Shown piece by piece: positions 1 through 6,775 of a stretch of 31,027 bases of DNA. The first letter of the stretch is position 1. Each line of letters starts with the position of its first letter. The notes below the pieces were generated by a model. That model was not told the origin of the DNA, made no database searches, and saw nothing but the letters and a program-made list of their open reading frames with translations. This DNA is from an uncultured virus (IMG/VR IMGVR_UViG_3300025033_000013) (lineage: Duplodnaviria > Heunggongvirae > Uroviricota > Caudoviricetes), in IMG/VR virus record IMGVR_UViG_3300025033_000013; one strand, 5' to 3'. The translations under genes were made by a program, and so were the position numbers.

Positions 1-263
1 TTTACGTGTTCATACGCTGAACCTTTACCTTCATGAATATCATTGAATCCATTCTCTTTAGTGATTACAGATTCTTTAGGTGTTACTGAACCTCTATATT
101 TAGTTCCATAATTACCAGTGAATTTTTTAGTTACTGGGTCGAAATCTCCCCATTTACTATAACCATCACCTATCCATTCAATATAATACTTTTTTCCTGT
201 TTCTGGATAGAACATTATCTCTCTTCCAGTTTCATCTCGATTAAGTAGGAAATTCTTAATCAC
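1..263 (-). CDS. Hypothetical phage protein, runs off the left edge
   Basis: Open frame read manually: (V)IKNFLLNRDETGREIMFYPETGKKYYIEWIGDGYSKWGDFDPVTKKFTGNYGTKYRGSV...; the GTG start at 263 is a guess. Confidence 0.6.
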   Translation of the reverse strand, partial: MIKNFLLNRDETGREIMFYPETGKKYYIEWIGDGYSKWGDFDPVTKKFTGNYGTKYRGSVTPKESVITKENGFNDIHEGKGSAYEHV

Positions 264-300
264 TTCTTTATTTATCCCATGATAATCAAATTTAATTTTG

Positions 301-373
301 CGGATGTCACGGGGGTCGAACCCGCAATCGCTTGAGTGACAGTCAAGCATGTTACCTACAACACCTCACATCC
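301..373 (-). tRNA. tRNA-Asp(GTC)
   Basis: Anticodon arm CTTGA-CTGTCAC-TCAAG, T arm GCGGG-TTCGACC-CCCGT, acceptor GGATGTG/GACATCC (one mismatch), G73; CCA not encoded. Confidence 0.9.
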
Positions 374-382
374 GTTTATAAC

Positions 383-416
383 AAAAAAAAATCTCATCCG
401 ATTTGGATGAGATTTT
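383..416 (-). terminator. Intrinsic terminator (attenuator) upstream of tRNA-Asp
   Basis: AAAATCTCATCC-AAATC-GGATGAGAT followed by a long U run, ending about 10 nt before the tRNA 5' end. Confidence 0.85.
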
Positions 417-447
417 GTCTTATTGTTTTTATTATTTTTTAAATAAC

Positions 448-543
448 TTAACTTTCATTTTTGACAATTCTCATCCTACCCAAGCTAAAATCTGCCTCGG
501 CTGCGAAAAATTCGTTTTCAAATATGTTAATTAAGTTTCTCAT
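448..543 (-). CDS. Putative leader peptide MRNLINIFENEFFAAEADFSLGRMRIVKNES (31 aa)
   Basis: ATG..TAA between promoter and terminator; F/E/A/D-rich block; contains GGATGAGAATTGTC, complementary to the terminator 5' arm. Confidence 0.7.
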   Translation of the reverse strand: MRNLINIFENEFFAAEADFSLGRMRIVKNES

Positions 544-591
544 TACTTTTATTTTGTGGTACTTTATTAATACCGTTATTAATATATAGTG

Positions 592-623
592 CAAATATAG
601 TAAATGTTTCAATATAAAACAAA
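592..623 (-). promoter_or_regulatory. Bacteroidota sigma-A promoter (-33 TTTG, -7 TATATTTG)
   Basis: TTTG-N20-TATATTTG upstream of the leader ORF. Confidence 0.8.
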
Positions 624-691
624 TTTTTTTGCAATTATTTTTAAATTATTTTTAAATTATTTGATTTTCAATTAATTAAAACCTTGATTTT

Positions 692-1141
692 TTAAATTAA
701 TTTCAGAACTTTACCTAATTCAATGCTAAGTATTTCAGAATCATCAAATGCCACATAAGAAAAACCTTTTTCTTTAACCCTATCCATCATAACACTACCA
801 GTGTCATATGGTACACCTAAAGCGTGACATAACTCTCTATATAGCCTTGCTTTTAATATTAATCTATCTAAACGAACTTTGGGGTCCAATAAGATTAATT
901 TGTTATTCAAATCAATTTCAGATAAACCTTCAATTTGCTTATCCTCTTTTGCTATTAGTATATAACTAACTTTACTTAATAATTGTTCTTGAATATCGTA
1001 GCCATTTTGGGCGGCTTCGTCAACGAATTCCTCAAGATATTGAACAATAAGTGAATCGTTCATAATTACTGACCCATTGGTTTGTCCAAAACTAAAGGTT
1101 AATGTCAACATTAATAATACAAGTAGGGCTGTTTTTTTCAT
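692..1141 (-). CDS. Secreted protein with degenerate metzincin-like motif
   Basis: Signal peptide; RELCHALG resembles HExxH with the first His replaced by Arg; SVMM Met-turn-like segment. Confidence 0.55.
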   Translation of the reverse strand: MKKTALLVLLMLTLTFSFGQTNGSVIMNDSLIVQYLEEFVDEAAQNGYDIQEQLLSKVSYILIAKEDKQIEGLSEIDLNNKLILLDPKVRLDRLILKARLYRELCHALGVPYDTGSVMMDRVKEKGFSYVAFDDSEILSIELGKVLKLI

Positions 1142-1167
1142 GTTTTTCTAATTTTAATTCGGCTAAT

Positions 1168-1482
1168 TTATGAATTCTTTTTTAGATAGCCTAATTTTTT
1201 CCATTTTTTTTTCAAAATGCTTATTCTATTTATACCTATTTCGTTGATATGATTGTTTTCATCGACATAATCAGGGTATTGTTCAGCATAAAACTTTTTA
1301 ACATCTTGAGATTTGTTGATTAAAATTTCAGCATTCTCAATCATTTTATTCAAAGCATTTAATTTATCTAATAATTCTTCATCATAAGTTTTTAACAACT
1401 CCTTCCTTAGATTTTCTCTAATTGGGTAGATATTTTTTAATGCTTCAACTAATTCTTCGTTTAAATTTTCATTTAGATTCAT
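1168..1482 (-). CDS. Hypothetical protein
   Basis: 104-aa ORF, ATGA overlap with the upstream ORF. Confidence 0.65.
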   Translation of the reverse strand: MNLNENLNEELVEALKNIYPIRENLRKELLKTYDEELLDKLNALNKMIENAEILINKSQDVKKFYAEQYPDYVDENNHINEIGINRISILKKKWKKLGYLKKNS

Positions 1483-1673
1483 ATAAATAATTTTACCATC
1501 TCTTGTTCTAAAATTGATAACCTATGTCTTAAATGATTAAGTTTATTATCGTATTCTTCGGATGTTGTGTTAATACCAGCATTTGCTGATTGTAATTTTG
1601 ATATCTCCCTTTGGATAACATCACTTTCTCTTGTTAAGCTTTCAAATCTTTCAGCTTTTTCTGTTTGTGTCAT
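1479..1673 (-). CDS. Small coiled-coil hypothetical protein
   Basis: 64-aa ORF with heptad-like pattern; TATTTAT motif upstream. Confidence 0.65.
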   Translation of the reverse strand: MTQTEKAERFESLTRESDVIQREISKLQSANAGINTTSEEYDNKLNHLRHRLSILEQEMVKLFI

Positions 1674-1787
1674 AATATTAATTATTTTATATACCTAATA
1701 TATTCAATAAATAGTATTAATCAATAGTTTAGCTAAAATAATTGTTATTATTTTAGCTACAAAACTTATTCGACTAAATACCAGTAT

Positions 1788-2015
1788 TATAGATTATGTA
1801 TTATTTTATGAATATCTCTAGGGGATACCAATGTGCATTATTTGGTAATTTCTTCAATACGTTTTTTTGGTATATCATAGTGATTCTTATGGAATCAACA
1901 TCGTTTGATGTTTAAATCTTTGGCCATTGCGTGTAGATTTTCAGTGAACTACCCATTAGCTAAAGACCAATGGGTTTTACGCTCCAAAATATAAATATGT
2001 AGAAAGGTACAAAAG
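1788..2015 (-). pseudogene. DUF4031-like pseudogene interrupted by a mini-IS
   Basis: ENLHAMAKDLNIKRC*FHKNHYDIPKKRIEEITK*CTLVSPRDI: LHxMA...WF...HYD pattern with two in-frame stops. Confidence 0.5.
1944..1990 (-). mobile_element. 47-bp minimal non-autonomous IS605/TnpB derivative (left and right ends sharing one hairpin)
   Basis: TTTAT|ATTTTGGAGCGTAAAACCCATTGGTCTTTAGCTAATGGGTAGTTCAC matches both ends of the element at 22920-24279. Confidence 0.8.
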
Positions 2016-2023
2016 TTCCAAAG

Positions 2024-2301
2024 TCCCTCTAGTCAGAATCGAACTGACGAAATCGTGGGGTCTACTTACTTAAAGAACTTTTAATCCATTTTCTAATTGC
2101 GTTATCCGTAACAGTTAGGAAAAATTAAATTATTTTTACTTTAAAATTAATACTTCGGATTGTACCCTTACTCAGAGTCGAACTGAGAACGTTTCTTATG
2201 TTTTCCACTGGGTCTAAACCAGCAAGCTTTGCCATTTTGCTCATAAGGGCAGTTTAATAATAATAAAAGCCACGCTGAATTCCAACGTACAGCATAGAGG
2301 G
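2024..2301 (-). pseudogene. tRNA (probably Leu-TAG) split at the anticodon loop by a ~200-bp insert
   Basis: 5' half 2301-2267 (CCCTCTA TG CTG..CAG C GTGGC TT) and 3' half 2064-2024 (TAG AC CCCAC GATTTC GTCAG TTCGATT CTGAC TAGAGGG A); perfect 7-bp acceptor stem between the halves. Confidence 0.75.
2163..2250 (-). tRNA. tRNA-Leu(TAG), nested inside the split tRNA
   Basis: Acceptor GCCCTTA/TAAGGGT, anticodon arm GCTGG-TTTAGAC-CCAGT, long variable region, T arm CTCAG-TTCGACT-CTGAG, A73. Confidence 0.85.
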
Positions 2302-2448
2302 TTATTTTATTCTAATTGTAATTCTATATATTTTATCTTCATAGTCATGTTCCCACCTAACAACATCAACTCGTTTATGCCATTCACTAATTTCATATTT
2401 AGAACCTTTCATGTCAACTTCCGAAACTTCAATTGTATGCGTTTTCAT
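2302..2448 (-). CDS. Small hypothetical protein (48 aa, MKTHTIEVSEVDMKG...)
   Basis: ORF read manually in the tRNA cluster spacer. Confidence 0.45.
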   Translation of the reverse strand: MKTHTIEVSEVDMKGSKYEISEWHKRVDVVRWEHDYEDKIYRITIRIK

Positions 2449-2629
2449 TGTTTTTAAACTTATTGATTAATTTATATGTTGCAAAATTTTCAGTTACGTT
2501 AAAATTATAACCAAAAAACCTAAAACGAAACCCTTTCACATATTTATATTTTCTATATACCCAAAAATAGTTAATTTTTGGAACATCTTTAAATATTGAA
2601 TACGGAGTTTTTGTTATTCTAATTTCCAT
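2429..2629 (-). CDS. Small hypothetical protein (MEIRITKTPY...)
   Basis: ORF-track entry trimmed to the ATG at 2629 because the longer start overlaps a tRNA. Confidence 0.5.
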   Translation of the reverse strand: MEIRITKTPYSIFKDVPKINYFWVYRKYKYVKGFRFRFFGYNFNVTENFATYKLINKFKNNENAYN

Positions 2630-2642
2630 AATTTTAATTTTG

Positions 2643-2717
2643 TACCCCAGTGGGAATCGAACCCACGAAACGACAGGGCTTAAACCTGTTGTGCATTCCA
2701 ACGTGCACCATGGGGGT
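2643..2717 (-). tRNA. tRNA-Leu(TAA), short variable loop; acceptor 3' strand one G short
   Basis: ACAGG-TTTAAGC-CCTGT, GTGGG-TTCGATT-CCCAC; acceptor ACCCCCA vs TGGGGT-A. Confidence 0.75.
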
Positions 2718-2719
2718 GC

Positions 2720-2881
2720 TTACATAAAAATTGATATATTATTATCGTTTTTTATTATTTTACTACATGTTAATTTTTCTATTATTTCAAAATAACCTTC
2801 TATATTTGATGACTTTGTTTTAACCAATTCATTCATAGACATTTCAACTTTTGGTGCTATTATTTTATTCCAATTTTTCAT
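2720..2881 (-). CDS. Small hypothetical protein (53 aa)
   Basis: ATG..TAA ORF exactly filling the spacer between two tRNAs. Confidence 0.35.
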   Translation of the reverse strand: MKNWNKIIAPKVEMSMNELVKTKSSNIEGYFEIIEKLTCSKIIKNDNNISIFM

Positions 2882-2882
2882 G

Positions 2883-2956
2883 TAGCCCCATTAGGAATCG
2901 AACCTAAGACCTTCTCCGTGTAAAAGAGACGCTCTAAACCACTGAGCTATGGGGCC
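2883..2956 (-). tRNA. tRNA-Val(TAC)
   Basis: Canonical cloverleaf, TCTCT-TTTACAC-GGAGA, A73. Confidence 0.95.
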
Positions 2957-2961
2957 AATTG

Positions 2962-3047
2962 TGGGGATGGTGGGAGTCGAACCCACACGCCCCTTTCGAG
3001 GCACTGATGCTTAAAACCAGCGTGTCTACCAATTCCACCACATCCCC
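2962..3047 (-). tRNA. tRNA-Leu(TAA), class II
   Basis: GGGGATG/CATCCCC, CTGGT-TTTAAGC-ATCAG, variable arm GCCTC-GAAA-GGGGC. Confidence 0.95.
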
Positions 3048-3060
3048 ATTATCATCTAAA

Positions 3061-3192
3061 TAACTGCAATAGGATTCGAACCTATACGTATATGCCTATA
3101 ACAGAGGGTTCACCCTTCAACCCAGATGGCAAGTCTGCGGCTAGTCATTAAGACGGTTAGGTCCCCGTGGCTACCAATTTCACCATACGCTC
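3061..3192 (-). ncRNA. 132-nt tRNA-like RNA with expanded multi-hairpin centre
   Basis: Leu-like D arm GTG-AAATTGGTAGC-CAC and T arm ATAGG-TTCGAAT-CCTAT, but no canonical anticodon loop and an imperfect acceptor. Confidence 0.55.
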
Positions 3193-3252
3193 ATTTAGAT
3201 ATTCAGACCATCATTTTATGTTGCAACATAACAGATGGCCTCACAATTGTTG

Positions 3253-3338
3253 TGCGGCCAGAGGGATTCGAACCCCCGTTATACTATTCGCCCCCACCTT
3301 GTAAGGGTGGTGCTCTTGACCTACTGAACTATGGCCGC
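3253..3338 (-). tRNA. tRNA-Val(TAC) with 16-nt variable region
   Basis: GCGGCCA/TGGCCGC, CCACC-CTTACAA-GGTGG, T arm intact. Confidence 0.85.
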
Positions 3339-3350
3339 ATTTTTATTTTG

Positions 3351-3435
3351 AGCACTAGGTTGGATTCGAACCAACGTTGAGATTTCTCTGGCGGTTTTGC
3401 AGACCACCCCCTTCGACCACTCGGAGCACTAGTGC
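3351..3435 (-). tRNA. tRNA-Cys(GCA) with long variable arm
   Basis: GCACTAG/CTAGTGC, GTGGT-CTGCAAA-ACCGC, U73 Cys discriminator. Confidence 0.9.
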
Positions 3436-3437
3436 AT

Positions 3438-3469
3438 AAAAAAGCTCGATGCGTTAACATCGAGCTTTT
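3438..3469 (-). terminator. Intrinsic terminator (attenuator) abutting tRNA-Cys
   Basis: AAAAGCTCGATG-TTAACG-CATCGAGCTTTTTT, 2 nt before the tRNA 5' end. Confidence 0.85.
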
Positions 3470-3501
3470 ATAACAATTTAAAAAATATATAAATAAATCC
3501 T

Positions 3502-3585
3502 TTAAGTAATTACATAACTCGATGTGTCAGTACACACGACCAACAGACATAAAGATAATAAAGTTACTAAAGTTTTCATTTTCAT
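3502..3585 (-). CDS. Putative leader peptide MKMKTLVTLLSLCLLVVCTDTSSYVIT (27 aa)
   Basis: 11 of codons 6-18 are Leu/Val/Cys; contains ACATCGAGTT, complementary to the terminator 5' arm. Confidence 0.75.
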   Translation of the reverse strand: MKMKTLVTLLSLCLLVVCTDTSSYVIT

Positions 3586-3672
3586 TTTTATTTAAGAGAC
3601 TGTTCAGATTCAATCCTTTCCCATTTGGGTTTGTCCAGATGTATTATCCTATCTCTTGTTAATATATATGTG

Positions 3673-3704
3673 CAAATATAGTAATTGTTTAAATAAAAAA
3701 CAAG
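3673..3704 (-). promoter_or_regulatory. Bacteroidota sigma-A promoter for the leader/tRNA cluster
   Basis: CTTG-N20-TATATTTG. Confidence 0.75.
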
Positions 3705-3726
3705 TTTTTTTATACTTTTTTTTAAA

Positions 3727-4086
3727 TTATTTTTTAACTTCCTCATTATCAAGGTAATAATTCTTATAATTTATAAGAATACCTAAGCATGGTAGGTCTG
3801 ACCTTGTGATTAAATCGATTTCATGCTCATCATCATCATAATGCATATCGAATGTTTTAAGAAAATGAACTTTATCTTGAAATTTGGTAAAGTGTATATT
3901 TTCTTTTTTAATCCCTAATCTATTGGCCACTTTATATAAATACTCATTTGTAAACCCTAGACTATCATCTTCATGTTGCCTAGTGGTGGTAATATGAACT
4001 TCGTCACCATATTTAATATGACGTTTAGCCAACCTTTGAATTAAAGGTGTTGATAGCGTACTATCAAAATCAAAACTAACTTTCAT
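3727..4086 (-). CDS. HAD-superfamily phosphatase-like protein
   Basis: Motif I SFDFDSTL, TTR, conserved K, HYDDD motif IV. Confidence 0.75.
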   Translation of the reverse strand: MKVSFDFDSTLSTPLIQRLAKRHIKYGDEVHITTTRQHEDDSLGFTNEYLYKVANRLGIKKENIHFTKFQDKVHFLKTFDMHYDDDEHEIDLITRSDLPCLGILINYKNYYLDNEEVKK

Positions 4087-4667
4087 TATAATGTTTTTCG
4101 GTAATCCCTAATTTGAGTTAAATAATCGTCTAATTTTGTAACATCTTCTTTTTTAAGTGCGTCTAGTATTAGGGGTTTTAATTTTAATAATAAATTTTTA
4201 AGACCAGTATCCCAGTCTCTCAATCTTGCCGCTTCTTCAAAATCTTCAACTTCTATTGCAAGTGCTAACTGTTCTGTAAATGGTAAAGGTAATATATCTT
4301 CGTAATCAATATCTATAACATTTTCTTTACCGTATGGGTAATTTGGTTTATTGGAATATAATCCATTCATAATATCAAAGGGGTTTTTAAGGTTAAATTG
4401 GCCTATTTTAATTAAATTAACGCTACATATTGGTCCATCAAGGGTATTCCAGATTAATCTAGAAGCTACCCACTCAGTACCTGATATTGTTTTAATATCA
4501 TCAGCATCACCTAGAGTTTTAAAATCAATTGTTTTAAGGTCTTCCTCAGTGATTATTGTCACATTTTCAATACCATTAAAAAATAAGTTTAAAATTTCCT
4601 CAGATATGGGAATTTTTTTCTCATTTAAAAATCTTTTAGCTTTCTCAAATTGCTCGTCTTCCATCAT
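4086..4667 (-). CDS. Hypothetical protein with UVR (UvrB/C) motif
   Basis: LALAIEVEDFEEAARLRD. Confidence 0.7.
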   Translation of the reverse strand: MMEDEQFEKAKRFLNEKKIPISEEILNLFFNGIENVTIITEEDLKTIDFKTLGDADDIKTISGTEWVASRLIWNTLDGPICSVNLIKIGQFNLKNPFDIMNGLYSNKPNYPYGKENVIDIDYEDILPLPFTEQLALAIEVEDFEEAARLRDWDTGLKNLLLKLKPLILDALKKEDVTKLDDYLTQIRDYRKTL

Positions 4668-4719
4668 TAATTTTTATAGTACAAATATATGAATTTATTA
4701 AGTCTTACACAAATAAATA

Positions 4720-5601
4720 TCAATATTCTTTGATAATATCTGTTAAATATTGACCGTATCCACTTTTACCCAACGAATGTGACAGTTCAACGAGTTGTTG
4801 TGAATCAATATATCGCATTCTCCAAGCAACTTCTTCAATACAACCTATTTTAAGGTTTTGAAGATTTTGGGTTGCTTTGACAAAATCACTAGCTTCATTC
4901 AATGAATCAAATGTCCCAGTATCTAACCAAGCAGTACCTCTATTTAATTTAACAACGGCTAAAGAATTATTTTCTAAGTATACTTGATTAATTGAAGATA
5001 TTTCTAATTCACCTCTATCACTAGGTTGTATAGTTTTAGCTATATTAATCACACTATTAGGGTAAAAATATAAACCTGGTATTGCATATCCAGATTTAGG
5101 GGTTTCAGGTTTTTCTTCAATTGATATTACGCTACCTTCAGAATCAAATTCCACAACACCAAATCTTTCAGGGTCTTTTACGTGGTACCCAAAAATAATT
5201 CCAGCTTCAAAACCAGTATCAATATCTTCAACGCATTGCTGTAAAATTTTAGATAAACCACCACTATAAAATATATTATCACCTAATATCAATGCTACAC
5301 TATCACTTCCAATAAATTCTTCACCTATAATAAATGCTTCAGCTAACCCATTGGGCTGTTCTTGAACAGCATACTCAAATCTACAACCTAAATGAGTTCC
5401 ATCACCCAATAATTTTTTAAATAAGTGTTGGTCCTCTGGGGTTGTAATTATAAGTATTTCATTAATTCCAGCCAACATAAGCGTTGATAATGGGTAATAA
5501 ATCATTGGTTTATCGTATATTGGCATTAGTTGTTTACTAACGCTAATTGTGAGTGGGTGCAACCTTGTTCCAGCACCGCCAGCTAATATAATTCCTTTCA
5601 T
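4720..5601 (-). CDS. rmlA: Glucose-1-phosphate thymidylyltransferase
   Basis: [18 protein letters not shown]...[39 protein letters not shown]. Confidence 0.97.
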   Translation of the reverse strand: MKGIILAGGAGTRLHPLTISVSKQLMPIYDKPMIYYPLSTLMLAGINEILIITTPEDQHLFKKLLGDGTHLGCRFEYAVQEQPNGLAEAFIIGEEFIGSDSVALILGDNIFYSGGLSKILQQCVEDIDTGFEAGIIFGYHVKDPERFGVVEFDSEGSVISIEEKPETPKSGYAIPGLYFYPNSVINIAKTIQPSDRGELEISSINQVYLENNSLAVVKLNRGTAWLDTGTFDSLNEASDFVKATQNLQNLKIGCIEEVAWRMRYIDSQQLVELSHSLGKSGYGQYLTDIIKEY

Positions 5602-5709
5602 AACTTTATTTTATTATACAATCTCTGCATTCCCAACTGGAACCTACAGAATTACATGCTTGGTCATACAAGAAAGCGTCATCAACCTTTTTCATACCAT
5701 ATTGTTGTT

Positions 5710-5778
5710 CCAAGGTTAGCCTTTGTCGCTTACATCCCATCCACGCAAAAGCGATGGATGGGTTTTACGCTCCATTTT
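5710..5778 (-). mobile_element. Left-end remnant of the TnpB IS element
   Basis: TTTAT|AAAATGGAGCGTAAAACCCATCCATCGC..GCGTGGATGGGATGTAAGCGACAAAGG, near-identical to 22920-22977. Confidence 0.85.
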
Positions 5779-5954
5779 ATAAAACGCCTATCATCTGTAT
5801 TAAATTGGAGTGTCATATAACCATTACCATCCTTATCCTTATGTTGGTCATAATTACATCTATCTTGAATGCCTTCTATAATAACATTTAACATTCTTAA
5901 TCTTTCCTCTAGGTCTAATTTTTCGTCTAAATACTCTTTTAAATGCTTATCCAT
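5730..5954 (-). pseudogene. Hypothetical ORF truncated by the IS left end
   Basis: Last ~16 codons (KWSVKPIHRFCVDGM) derive from the IS end. Confidence 0.55.
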
Positions 5955-6378
5955 GTAATTTTTTTAATATTATTAAACAATTCTTTATTGTTGCTTCGTT
6001 ATATGACTGTCTGGCCAACCAGATGCAATAATTACTCAATTCAGCTTCATCTAAGTCACTATCTTTCTTTCCTTGATGTTTGCCACCAATAAAATGCATT
6101 TCGTCCTTAAAACGTCTGAAAATGTCGCATTTAACCTTTTTATTAATATGTTTGGTTTCACTAATATTAATCAGAACCCCATCTTGGATATCGCCAAATT
6201 TAATGAAGTACCTATCACCAAATTTCAACTTCATATATGCAATAACCATTTGGTTATCAATATAAACTTCACCATCGATTTTTTCACCCAATTCATTAAC
6301 TAAATTATTAAAAACCAATCTCCGACTTACGGTTTGATAGTTGATGAATCTATCAAATGTAGCAAACATTCTATTCAT
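5947..6378 (-). CDS. Hypothetical protein; C-terminal FxGGKHxG..YxxW motif; leaderless promoter
   Basis: 143-aa ORF; TATATTTG 4 nt before the ATG. Confidence 0.7.
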   Translation of the reverse strand: MNRMFATFDRFINYQTVSRRLVFNNLVNELGEKIDGEVYIDNQMVIAYMKLKFGDRYFIKFGDIQDGVLINISETKHINKKVKCDIFRRFKDEMHFIGGKHQGKKDSDLDEAELSNYCIWLARQSYNEATIKNCLIILKKLHG

Positions 6379-6466
6379 AGTACAAATATACTAAAAATTA
6401 ATGATAAATCAAAGTTTTACCTTTACTTAATGGATTATTTTTTCCATATTTCCATAAAATTAAAAT

Positions 6467-6775
6467 ATGGGAGTAATTTATTTATTAACGAACAACAATG
6501 ACCAATATAAGATTGGTATTACCAAATATAACGGTAAAAAGAGAATCAAGAATTTGCAGACAGGAAATGGTGATGTGATTGATGTTGTGGCTGAATTTGA
6601 ATCTAAATACAATAATAAAATTGAAGGTGCGTTGCATAAGCGTTATGGAACCAAGCGATTGAAGGGTGAATGGTTTGTATTAGAAAAAAAAGACATCCAG
6701 AATTTTATTTCTGAATGTCAATCTTTACATAACAATTTCGAGTTTTTGGAGCAATCAGGCAATCCTTTTATTTAA
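6467..6775 (+). CDS. GIY-YIG superfamily (T5orf172/MUG113-like) protein
   Basis: GVIYLL..YKIGIT..RIKNLQTGN..E..LH..RLKGEWF. Confidence 0.85.
   Translation: MGVIYLLTNNNDQYKIGITKYNGKKRIKNLQTGNGDVIDVVAEFESKYNNKIEGALHKRYGTKRLKGEWFVLEKKDIQNFISECQSLHNNFEFLEQSGNPFI

Noticed and set aside
3126..3380. 84-aa plus-strand ORF
   Set aside because: Antisense to tRNA genes; shadow ORF
3594..3657. c-di-GMP riboswitch or hammerhead ribozyme
   Set aside because: Only superficial similarity; core consensus nucleotides are absent
383..3704. T-box riboswitch explanation for the terminators before tRNAs
   Set aside because: No T-box consensus or stem I seen; the antiterminator lies within a short ORF instead
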